Source: Mobula hypostoma
Taxonomy: Eukaryota
Assembly: GCF_963921235.1 (NCBI RefSeq)
Contig: NC_086108.1
Coordinates: 86,926,001-86,990,000, forward strand
Reading direction: 5' to 3'
DNA length: 64,000 nucleotides
Position numbers and translations under genes: made by a program
The notes under the pieces: model-generated
Databases searched by the model: none
What the model was told of the DNA's origin: nothing
The model's input: the letters and a program-made list of their open reading frames with translations, nothing else
In this document: positions 1 through 10,529 of the stretch, piece by piece
How the letters are laid out: the number at the start of each line of letters is the position of its first letter
Position numbering within the stretch: the first letter of the stretch is position 1

Positions 1-720
1 ACCTGAAGTACTTGATGTCCTTAATATCCAGCAGTGTTTTGCAATCATAAAAAAGACATCAAGGATGAACAATTGCACCTTTGATAGGTCCCCTAGAGGC
101 CAATGTGCCTGGGCACACCATTTTCTTACTGGAGGACATTCCAGAACATATTTGATAAACTCTATCCTATCCAGCTATTTTACAGTTTGGAAGTTCCAGT
201 CAATACGTGCAAATTCGCCTACTATCACAACCTTATGTTTCTTCCAAAAGGCTGCAATCTCTCTACAAGTTTACTTCTCTAAATCCCACTGACTGTTGGG
301 GGGAGAGGGTCTATAAAATAATCCCATTAATATCGTCATCCTATTCTTATTCCTCAATTCCTCTCATATTACTTCATTAGTCAAGTTCTCCAGCTTGTCT
401 TGTCTGAGCACAGCCAGACAATACTTTCCTACAATACTCCTTGCATTGAAGTATCCACAATCAGAAGATTAATCCCACCTTTCGATTCCTGACTGTATGT
501 GTAGGTTTAGCAACAGATTTCCACACAACCAATCCACTATCTGCTCTGATGCTTTAGTTCCCATCCTCCTGCAACTCTAGATTAAATCCCCTTCCCCTGT
601 GCAGGACAAGCAAACCTTCCTGCATGTATATTAGCCCCCTCCAGTTTAAGTGCAAACCATCCCATCGTACAGCTCCCATCTTCCAAAAATCTGAAGCCCT
701 CCCTCCTGCACATATTGCCA
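1..720 (-). mobile_element. Degenerate CR1-like LINE fragment (ORF1 end / ORF2 5' region)
   Basis: Decayed sequence resembling CR1 on the minus strand; no intact ORF. Confidence 0.4.
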
Positions 721-856
721 CATATTACTGCATGTATAAACTTTAAATGGCTAGCTAAAAAAAAATCTTTATTATGGATGTGACAATATTGGAATGGTCT
801 TACTTATCCACCATTCCTGGTTTTCCTGAAAATATAGTGACGATGGACCTTCCAGT

Positions 857-987
857 AACACACATCAAAGTTGCTGGTGAACGCAGCAGGCCAGGCGGCA
901 TCTCTAGGAAGAGATACAGTCGACGTTTCAGACCGAGACCCTTCGTCAGGACTAACTGAAGGAAGAGCTAGTAAGAGATTTGAAAGT
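857..987 (-). mobile_element. Penelope-like element terminal (pLTR) fragment
   Basis: Near-identical to part of 55493-55925 and related to the 3' end of the GIY-YIG element at 2905-3552; flanked by 11-bp direct repeat GACCTTCCAGT (846-856, 988-998). Confidence 0.75.
918..953 (-). ncRNA. Minimal type I hammerhead ribozyme motif (Penelope-associated)
   Basis: Minus strand reads AGUC-CUGACGA-AGGGUCUCGGUCU-GAAA-CGUC-GACU: stem I AGUC/GACU, CUGANGA and GAAA core boxes, stem II, palindromic ACGU stem III, GUC site. Confidence 0.65.
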
Positions 988-1949
988 GACCTTCCAGTGA
1001 TTGTTTTACTTTCAATCCTGAGTGACTCATTAAGTCACTTCACGAAGCACAAAAGAATTTAATTTCCACATACAGGAAAAACTGGGTTATTGGAGTGGCC
1101 AATACCTTTCTTTTACAATTTTTGCAGTGATTTGCTCAGAACTATTCCCCGAATTATTCTCGAACACGATGCTGAAAGGTCGTAAGACATAGGAGCAGAA
1201 TTAAGTCATTCGGTCCATTGACGTTCACCATTCAATCGCGGCAGATTTATTTTCCCTCTGCTTTGCTGTTGCTCACAGCACAGTAAATTGGAGCTATGGA
1301 CACATCCATTTCATAGTTGCTGCAAAGGGAAAGGGGGAAGATGAGAATATCTAGGGAATGAGCAAAGCAAAGACATACTTCACAACAGAGCTAACAAATG
1401 ATCTTAACCTGTGAGAGCCTCCAGATTCATTACTAATGTTCCATTGCCCATTTTAAAGAAGTTTTTAAAAAAAAACTAAGAGAGAACCACGAGAGAATAC
1501 AACAAAACAATAGGAATTGCACCAGTGTCAAACTGACAGGAAATATGAGAGGCCCATAGGTAAATAAAAAGTACTCTCCTGATGAATTTAGCTGTCAGTG
1601 CTGATGAAGTGTCACACTCAGGACACTTGTTTTAGATATTACTGGGTATTTTGCGCATTCTTATGTGAGACCTCCAGCATCCAAGGTTGTTTGATTTTGC
1701 TTTAGCTTTGCCACCGTTTGACTTTCTGTCAATTTCCAGCAGATTTGGCTTTAATTTAAGGGTGGGTGGTAGCGGGAATCTGAGAGTGAAAAGAAGCTGT
1801 CTCTGGTTCAGTGGGCGAGCTTGTGAGTCGTACGTTGTGCAACAGAACGAAGAATATTTGGTCAGACTCAGTGGTAGACAGGAAGCATTATCCCTCATGA
1901 CTGCAGTTGGATTGCAACTGCAAAGGGTCCTCATCCTTTAGTTTCAAAG

Positions 1950-2185
1950 AGATTCAAGATTCAAAAAACTTTATTGTCACTCTAACCATACATCAGCTGT
2001 GCAGGGCAGAATGAGACAGCGTTTCTCAGGGGCAGTGCAATCATAACATAACAAACACAACACTAAATAATAAACATAACAATAAATAGTAAAACACAAC
2101 AGTTACATGTCAATTAAGATCAGTTATAAGTGTCCAGTGCAAGTTAAAAGTGTCCAAAGCAGATTCAGGTGGAGCAGCTATTTAG
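1950..2185 (-). mobile_element. Rex1/Babar- or L2-like LINE 3' end
   Basis: Short-repeat tail (GATTCAA)2 followed by TTTATTG (minus-strand AATAAA); layout matches other Rex-type ends in the window. Confidence 0.45.
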
Positions 2186-2387
2186 TATGTGTATTTACTG
2201 AGTTCTTAAAACTCCGATTAAGTTCATTCAGAGTGCATTGCCTATTGAGTCATTAAGAGTTTGAACAAGGATTGTCCATTCAAAGATCTCCTCAGTCTTC
2301 CCAATTGGGCAGTAATAATGATACACATATTTACATACACATGCTCCTTCCCTTTGATAAAAGAAATTACATTAAATTAGCATATTT

Positions 2388-2430
2388 TTCCCAACACTGG
2401 CCCCCTAGGCCTGAGTTGACGTAGTAGTAG
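2388..2430 (+). mobile_element. Extremely 5'-truncated RTE LINE (about 43 bp)
   Basis: CCCCCTAGGCCTGAGTTGAC(GTA)n matches the 3' end of the RTE at 48798-48840; 10-bp TSD TAGCATATTT (2378-2387, 2431-2440). Confidence 0.8.
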
Positions 2431-2904
2431 TAGCATATTTAAGAAGTTTTATGCTTTATCATTTTTTGCAGCAGGATTAAAATTAAAATTTCAATTGAAG
2501 TGTCATTCAATGCTGTTTAACGTTGCCCATCTCTGGACTCAGTGATGCTGTCCTATCCTGGCTCTCATCATGAATATCACAGAGTTTCTTTTTTCTGAAT
2601 AATTGTGGGATTCATTTCAGGATCATCTTCACTTTCACAGTTTTCCTTATTCTCTTGAGTACAGTATGTCTTGCCAAGATTAATTAGTTTGCATGAATTT
2701 AGCTGAATCTCTCAACACTTTAAAGATAATTCTTTGAACTGTATGCCTCATATAAAGCCATAACTCCTAGGGCTATAAGCCTCCATTAGCTCCACAGCAC
2801 CCCACCATCCTATCTCCCAATTGCCAAGAGATCAAAACTGTGAATTCTAGTATGCAGAGTGAACTTCAAGCTCTTATAACGTGCAAAGATGCTTCCTCAG
2901 TTTA

Positions 2905-3552
2905 AACTGGCTACTCGCTAGCCTCCTTTACATTGGTGAGACCTGTTGTAAATTAGGGGACCACTTTGCCAAGCACCTCGACTCCATCCGCCACAAGCGG
3001 TACTTCCCATGGCCAAATATTTTAATTCCAATTCCCATTCCAGTTCTGACATGCTGGTCCATGGCTTCCTCTTGTGTCAAGATGTGGTGGTCCTCAGGGT
3101 GAAAGAGCAACATCTTATATTCCATCTGGGCATCCTCCAGCCTGATTACATGAATATTGATTACTCCTTGTGAAAATAAATTCCACTCCACTACCCCTCT
3201 TCCCCACTCTGACCTCTTACCTCTTCTCACCTGCCTATCACTTCCCCCTGGGTCCCCTCCTCCTTCCCTTTCTCCCTGTAGACCACTCTCCTCTCTTATC
3301 AGATTCCTCCTTCTCCAGCCTTTGACATTCCCCACCCACCTGGCTTCACATATCACCTTCCAGCTTATCTCCTTCCTGCCCTCCCCGCCATTTTATTCTG
3401 GTGCCTTTCCAGTCCCGATGAAGGGTCTCGGCCCAAAACGTCGACTGTTTATTAATTTCCATAGATTCTACATGACCTGCTGAATTCCTCCAGCATTTTA
3501 TACAGTATGTGTTGCTTTGGATTTCCAGCATCTAAAGATTTTCTCATGTTCA
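2905..3552 (+). mobile_element. Penelope-like element 3' part: GIY-YIG endonuclease remnant plus pLTR
   Basis: LLYIGETCCKLGDHFAKHLDSIR (YIG half-motif; resembles the YIGETxRxLxxRFxEH pattern); pyrimidine-rich 3' region; degenerate hammerhead at 3410-3447. Confidence 0.8.
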
Positions 3553-4409
3553 TTTTTACTGTATCGTCTCAAATGAGCTCAACCATATCCTGAATTTTTT
3601 ATGCATCTGATTTCTTCAGTGTATCATCTACTGGAGAGTGGCATTGATCTATGGCTTGGAAAATAATGCCACCAGTCGATACCTCATGTTTCACGGTGAT
3701 GTTAAACTGATTTTTATTTATAAATGCTTCCTTAACCATGTACACTGATATTCCAACTTCCCCATATGAACTTGGTGAAGAGGAGTGAAACAGTGCTTTA
3801 TTCTGCTGCTTTTCATAAATAGTTCAAACAGAACCAGCTTAGTTTGTGGGCTATTACCTGATATAAATTCTTCCAGAACACTACATGTATTATAATTCCT
3901 CTATTGTGGACTCTGTGCTGGTGTATTGCTTCATAACCAAATTAATGAGGATCAATTAATACTAAAGGATTACTACACATTATTCTATATAATATGGATT
4001 ACTGGAGTGGCCTCATTAATACCTGGAGTTGTGCTTCAGGGGGTTGTGTTTTGTAAACTTCAGATTCTATATATCTACTAGTTGGTCTCTTGAGCCTTTG
4101 TTACAAATCAATAGACAAATAAACAGACTAGTAACGTATATCCAGTCTACCCAACTTTTCTACGTGCAGTTCTTTCATTATCTCCCTTGCAATCCCTTTA
4201 GCATCACTGTTAGCATATTTTGTAGATAATCGATGACATCTATGATAAAACAACCTCATTCAGATGTGTCTAAATGAGTTCTTTAGCTATTTAACTTCAG
4301 ATATGTCCATTTCTCTAACAAGCAAGTTGTGTTCCACCACCTGCGGAGAATAAATTTCATTTCCTACATTTGTGTCAGCTTCTACATAATGTCAGCAAGA
4401 CATGCATCA

Positions 4410-5015
4410 TAATACAGTCGTTGAGGTCTCTGTCAGTCAAAGCTGACCATGGATATTGCATCCTAGCTCTCTAGACCATTACCTGATGGGCAAGCCTGGG
4501 CGGTACAATATGGAGAGCAAGCTGTTGCCCATGTAACAAGCTCCCCTTCTCCACACATCCGACGAACCCAAAGGAACAGCAGAGACTGATATAGTTTGGT
4601 TCCAGCAGCGTCGCAGGAGTTGCCAGTCAGCACTGAACACAATGTCGGACTGCCTTTTGGGCTTCAGCTCCGGATTTTTACCTCGGGGTTTACTCCCGAA
4701 GCCTTCCCCATGAGTGGTAGCAAGGCAGCTGAGGTTTGAGATCAGAGTTGTCCTTCTCCTAGATGAGATGCCAATGACAGCTGATCAGCACTATCTGCCT
4801 GAAGGGACTGGTTTTAAGGTGTCAGTAACCCACCTTTCCCCCCTTCTCCTGTCAGTAGAAACAGTTCTGCCAGACTCAGTAGCTAAGCCACGAGTGAAGG
4901 GCAGGAGCTGGACTTGGTTGTCAGAGACTATTTGAGGCTCACTGCATTGGAGCATTTAATAGGTAGTGGGAGCTTGTTCCCATTACCACCCCCAGCTATA
5001 ACAATCTTAAGGAAC
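4410..5015 (-). mobile_element. Unclassified non-autonomous retroelement (possibly RTE-dependent)
   Basis: GC-richer block with sharp edges; possible imperfect TSD CATGCATCA/CATGAATCA (4401, 5016). Confidence 0.35.
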
Positions 5016-5189
5016 CATGAATCAGTGGATTCTAGTTAATTGGGCCATTGATTAATCAGGGGTAGCCACTTATTTGGGACAATTCTAATGATCAAGAAAA
5101 TAACCAGCGGGTTAGAACTGCTGGGGAGTTGTGGATAGAGTTGCTGGAGTGGTTGTGGAAAGAGAGAATTGAGTTGTGACTGGAAAATG

Positions 5190-6482
5190 GTGGAGAGAGA
5201 GAACATCATGGAAAGAGCCAAGCTGTTGAAGGAAGTTTTTGGTGACAGTGGAAGTGAACTAGAGATAGAGGTCAGTGGGAAAGAGGAACGGAATGGAAAG
5301 AGGAAGAAAAGAAAGCAAAGCTAAAGGATATCAAACTCTGAGGAGTCAGTGGATAATCAAAGCAGGACAAGAAAACAATGGAAAGAAGATGAGATTTTGA
5401 GCAATTATAAAACTAAGTGAAGACGGGGCGTCTTTTGGTGATTGGAACCCGATTCATTTGACGAAGATGCTCAACAAAATTATAGGTGAGATTAAAGCAG
5501 CAAAGATTTTACGAAATGGATCACTATTAGTGATTTGTTGGGATAGTGCTCAGCAAGATGAAGTGATAAGATTATGTAAAATAGATGACAAAGTAGTACA
5601 ATGCTCAACACCCAACGATAGAAAGTGGACTAGAGGAGTTATTTCGGGGATATCAACAAAAGTTACTACTGATGAAATTAAACAGAACATAAAAGGTGCA
5701 AAAATTATTGAGGCCAAACATTTGAAAGTTACAAGAAACAAGAGAAAGTGTGATAGTTTATTGGTAATGATTAACTTTGATGAAGAGAGATTGCCAACTA
5801 ATGTTTACTTAGGGTATATGTGTTATGCGGTTAGAATATATATACCACCGCCTTTAAGATGCTATAAATGTCAGAAATTCGGGCACATTGCGGCGGTCTG
5901 CAGGGGAAAACAAAGATGTGGAGATGCGCTGGAGAACATGAATATGGGAAATGTGAAGCGGGAGCTAGGCTGAAATGCTGCAATTGTGGTGAGGAACACA
6001 GCGCAGCTTACCAAGGGTGCATTTATAGCAAGAAGGCGGCTGAGATACAATATGTAAAAGTAACTCAAGGAATCAGTTATGCAGAGGCAGTGAAAGAATT
6101 TGATGAAAAAAAGGCTGTCAAGCAGACAAATACAGGGAATAATAAACTGGTGAATTGTGAGAGCTGTAATATGAAAAATAAGGATACACTATTAATTAGT
6201 ATAAAGGAGCTTGTGCTTTTTATGGTGGATGCAATTAATTGTTCAGCGCAAATAAGCAAAAGAAATGAGAAAATTAAAATTATCGTCAAGTCTGCAGAAA
6301 AGTATCTTGGTATTAAAGGAATTAGGTGGGAAGAAGTCAAAGAAATGCTGAATGGAGGATCTAACAATTCACAGGCGGGGAGATGGAATCTTAATGGCAG
6401 TATATTTATTGCAAATGGTCAAGAATTTAAGAAATGTTTCAGAATTTAAGGAAAATCCTCAGATATTATGGTTGAAACCCAG
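5190..6482 (+). pseudogene. LINE ORF1 (gag-like nucleic-acid-binding protein with three CCHC knuckles), frameshifted, plus ORF2 endonuclease stub
   Basis: YIPPPLR-CYKCQKFGHIAAVC, RCAGEHEYGKC, CCNCGEEHSAAYQGC and SYAEAVK across ORFs 5458..5973 and 5868..6449; IANGQEFKK...WLKP resembles an APE N-terminus. Confidence 0.8.
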
Positions 6483-6713
6483 GGTAAATGTGCAGAACTC
6501 CAACAACAAATAGAAGTACCCGACAAGAACAATGATGAGTTGGAAAGTGATTGGAAAATGGAGGATATTACTACAAGAATACAAAAGGAAAAGGAATTTG
6601 TTGCAAAATGAATTATCTACATTCAGATTATAAACTGAAAACATGGAAGCAAATGAAGAAGAACTCTGAGACCTCAGTTAACAACTGCAGGCTACGATCC
6701 AAGAAAAGGAAAA

Positions 6714-8695
6714 CATGGGTGACAAGTGAGGTGGAAAATCTAGTCAGGTGGAAGAAGGCAGCATACATGAGGTTTAGGAAGCAAGGATCAGATGGGTCTA
6801 TTTTAAGAATATAGGGAAGCAAGAAAGGAGCTTAAGAAGGGGCTGAGAGGAGCAAGAAGGGGGCATGAGAAGGCCTTGGTGAGTAGGGTAAAGGAAAACC
6901 CCAAGGCATTCTTCAATTATGTGAAGAAAAGAAGGATGACAGGAGTGAAGGTAGGACCGATTAGAGATAAAGGTGGGAAGATGTGCCTGGAGGCTGTGGA
7001 AGTGAGTGAGGTCCTCAATGAATACTTCTCTTCGGTATACACCAATGAGAGAGAACTTGATGATGGTGAGGACAATATGAGTGAGGTTGATGTTCTGGAG
7101 CATGTTGATATTAAGGGAGAGGAGGTGTTGGAGTTGTTAAAATACATTAGGACAGATAAGTCCTCGGGGCCTGACGGAATATTCCCCAGGCTCTCCACGA
7201 GGCGAGAGAAGAGATTGCTGAGCCTCTGGCTAGGATCCTTATGTGCTCATTGTCCACGGGAATGGTACCGGAGGATTGCAGGGAGGCGAATGCTGTCCCC
7301 TTGTTCAAAAAAGGTAGTAGGGATAGTGCGGGTAATTATAGACCAGTGAGCCTTACATCTGTGGTGGGAAAGCTGTTGGAAAAGATTCTTAGAGATAAGA
7401 TCTATGGGCATTTAGACAATCATGGTCTGATCAGGGGCAGTCAGCATGGCTTTGTGAAGGGCAGATCGTGTCTGACAAGCCTGATAGAGTTCTTTGAGGA
7501 GGTGGCCAGGCATATAGATGAGGGTAGTGCAGTGGATGTGAGCTATATGGATTTTAGTAAGGCATTTGACAAGGTTCCACATGGTAGGCTTATTCAGAAA
7601 GTCAGAAGGCATGGGATCCAGGGAAGTTTGGCCAGGTGGATTCAGAATTGGCTTGCCTGCAGAAGGCAGAGGGTGGTGGTGGAGGGAGTACATTCAGATT
7701 GGAGGATTGTGACTAGTGGTGTCCCACAAGGATCTGTTCTGGGACCTCCACTTTTCATGATTTTTATTAACGACCTGGATGTGGGGGTAGAAGGGTGGGC
7801 TGGCAAGTTTGCAGACGACACAAAGGTTGATGGTGTTGTAGATAGTGTAGAGGATTGTCAAAGATTGCAGAGAGACATTGATAGGATGCAGAAGTGGGCT
7901 GAGAAGTGGCAGATGGAGTTCAACCCGGAGAAGTGTGAGGTGGTACACTTTGGAAGGACAAACTCCAAGGCAGAGTACAAAGTAAATGGCAGGATACTTG
8001 GTAGTGTGGAGGAGCAGAGGGATCTGGGGGTACATGTCCACAGATCCCTGAAAGTTGCCTCACAGGTGGATAGGGTAGTTAAGAAAGCTTATAGGGTGTT
8101 AGCTTTCATAAGTCGAGGGATAGAGTTTAAGAGTCGCAGGGTAATGATGCAGCTCTATAAAACTCTGGTTAGGCCACACTTGGAGTACTGTGTCCAGTTC
8201 TGGTCACCTCACTATAGGAAGGATGTGGAAGCATTGGAAAGGGTACAGAGGAGATTTACCAGGATGCTGCCTGGTTTAGAGAGTATGGATTATGATCAGA
8301 GATTAAGGAAGCTAGGGCTTTACTCTTTGGAGAGAAGGAGGATGAGAGGAGACATGATAGAAGTGTACAAGATAATAAGAGGAATAGATAGAGTGGATAG
8401 CCAGTGCCTCTTCCCCAGGGCACCACTGCTCAATACAAGAGGACATGGCTTTAAGGTAAGGGGTGGGAAGTTCAAGGGGGATATTAGAGGAAGGTTTTTT
8501 ACTCAGAGAGTGGTTGGTGCGTGGAATGTACTGCCTGAGTCAGTGGTGGAGGCAGCTACACTAGTGAGGTTTAAGAGACTACTAGACAGGTATATGGAGG
8601 AATTTAAGGTGGGTGGTTATATGGGAGGCAGGGTTTGAGGGTCAGCACAACATTATGGGCCAAAGGGCCTGTACTGTGCTGTACTATTCTATGTT
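6714..8695 (+). mobile_element. CR1 LINE, 5'-truncated, young
   Basis: ORF2 C-terminal part (ENPKAFFNYV; NYRPVSLTS; QHGF; DFSKAFDKV; GVPQGSVLGP; FADD; RPHLEYC; TRGH) and a short-repeat (TGTAC/TTCTATGT) tail. Confidence 0.95.
7241..8638 (+). CDS. CR1 ORF2 reverse transcriptase and C-terminal domain (open for 465 aa; part of a truncated copy)
   Basis: Complete set of RT motifs; continues upstream through a frameshift into ORF 6876..7349. Confidence 0.85.
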   Translation: MCSLSTGMVPEDCREANAVPLFKKGSRDSAGNYRPVSLTSVVGKLLEKILRDKIYGHLDNHGLIRGSQHGFVKGRSCLTSLIEFFEEVARHIDEGSAVDVSYMDFSKAFDKVPHGRLIQKVRRHGIQGSLARWIQNWLACRRQRVVVEGVHSDWRIVTSGVPQGSVLGPPLFMIFINDLDVGVEGWAGKFADDTKVDGVVDSVEDCQRLQRDIDRMQKWAEKWQMEFNPEKCEVVHFGRTNSKAEYKVNGRILGSVEEQRDLGVHVHRSLKVASQVDRVVKKAYRVLAFISRGIEFKSRRVMMQLYKTLVRPHLEYCVQFWSPHYRKDVEALERVQRRFTRMLPGLESMDYDQRLRKLGLYSLERRRMRGDMIEVYKIIRGIDRVDSQCLFPRAPLLNTRGHGFKVRGGKFKGDIRGRFFTQRVVGAWNVLPESVVEAATLVRFKRLLDRYMEEFKVGGYMGGRV

Positions 8696-10529
8696 TCTGT
8701 GTGAAAAAGCAGATAGACTTGGAAAAACAGCAACTTTAAAAGTATAACATGAGATAATTACTATCCTTTAACAAGACAACTTTAGTCTTATAAGTGATGC
8801 AGGTGAAATCAATGTAATTGAGGTAATGCAACTACGCAAAAACATGTGACATAATTAGGGAAGAATAGCAGTTTGCGGCATTATCTAATGAGCGCATTAA
8901 GCATTCACTAAGAATTGCAACTACAGAGTGATGCTAATAGAGAACTGCAGGCTGAACTAGATTGTCTAAAGTAGAGAACTCCAGGACACATTTGGTTGGA
9001 ACACCGTAAGTCTAGCAGGTGGCGGTAATGCGCTGAAAACTGGTTGCCATCCGCCATACAACAAAAAAGAAGGAGAAAATAATCAGGATTCCCATAATTG
9101 ATTTGGGACACTATGCTGCTTAATTGGGACAGGAGACTCTTGCTGTACAGTTTCTAACTGACTTGTGTGGCCGTTAGACTATGCTCAGAGAGAATAGGTT
9201 TTAAATAGTGTCAGCTGCGTGTGTTTGTGTTCAAAAAGCAGAGATTTTTATCGCTGATAGTTTTAAAGAAATAAGCAGTAATACAATTCAGAATTGTTTT
9301 GCTCATTGTGGTTTCAAGCATTCAGGCTTGGAGATGCCAGAAGTGGCCGGAGTGAAAATGAAACAATTTCACTACCTCAACTAGTTAGGAACTGCAAAGA
9401 AATTGAAGGTATTGGCAATCATCTTTAATGTTACAATAAAATGAAGATTTTGAGGATGCAATCATTTAAAGCATTGTATGAATTCAGTCCATTTTCTGCA
9501 CTAGGTTTTTGAGCTGATTTTGTTCGTTTACAGTCAATCAAAACAACACAGCAACGTACACCAGATTAATTCTTCTATCGATAACTATTAGGAATCAATA
9601 CACAGTTTTATAGTATTTTAGCATGATAGATAGTGTTCTAATTTGTTCTGTATTTCATTTAAGCACATAACTTGTTACCCACATGAACAGTAGTTTATCT
9701 CTTTTCTACCTATTTAACTATTTCCATGAAACTTCAGCTATTAGGGGTAGCCGCTTAATTGGGCTGAAATGTATTGGTCTTGATGTGTCCCAGTTGTGTC
9801 CCACTGTATTTTCCTTGGATCCTCTGTACTCAGTGAAATCAAATTAGGAGGTAGGATGGCCTATCCTGAAGCCTTGATCCATTCTTGTAGAAATAGCAGG
9901 GGATTCCAAGAATGTCCAACAAAGGCTAGTAGTCTTTAATTTGAGTGAAAGGCTTTTTAGCAAAAAGTGGGAGTACTTTGTAATTTCAAATATAATTATC
10001 ATTGCCTCAGCTCTGTATATACATCTGAGTGTTTCCTTCTTATATTTGATCACATCTGGTAATGCATATGCACTAGGCTCCTCTGTGACATGCTTAATCA
10101 CTGCCCCTGCTTCATAGCTGGCAGGTTTGCAGTCAATTCACCAATACAGATCCATTTCTAAAGCTTTCTTTTTGCAACGATAGCATGCCTTTTGCTGATT
10201 TTTATCCCCACCAGCAACCAGTATTCTCTCTCTTTAATTGTTGATAACAGGGACTTAGTACTGGCAAGATGTGATACATATTTAGTATAGTATTGGATCA
10301 AATCTTGAGACGATCGGAGCTTAGTAACACTTTCTGGCTCTGAAGACAGCCTAAATTTTTGCTTTAAGTGGTTGCAGTCTATTTTATCAACTCCACAGAC
10401 CAAAAAAAAATTCTTCTTTATGCTTAGAGGCACATTTGCAATTATTTAAGCTTAGTGTTATGTTTATAAAGTGTTCTTAGCAGCTGCTCAAATATCTGAA
10501 GATATTCTGTTTTCTTGGCATCATTTATT

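Larger units (their letters stand above)
5108..9073 (+). mobile_element. I/Nimb-like LINE derivative (ORF1, ORF2 stub, foreign insert, 3' end), interrupted by CR1
   Basis: 13-bp TSD AGAAAATAA(C/T)CAG (5095-5107, 9074-9086); 3' end GGTGGCGGTAATGC...CCGCC followed by an A/AAG tail; zinc-knuckle ORF1. Confidence 0.7.
5023..9806. mobile_element. Tigger/pogo-like non-autonomous DNA transposon split by nested LINEs (own sequence 5023-5107 and 9074-9806)
   Basis: Termini CAGTGG...CCACTG followed by TA; repeated TTAATTGGG / TTTGGGAC subterminal motifs in both parts. Confidence 0.6.

Noticed and set aside
1632..1941. 84-100 aa ORFs in unique sequence (similarly 12687-13046 and 36649-36837)
   Set aside because: No recognisable motifs, and the lengths are expected by chance.
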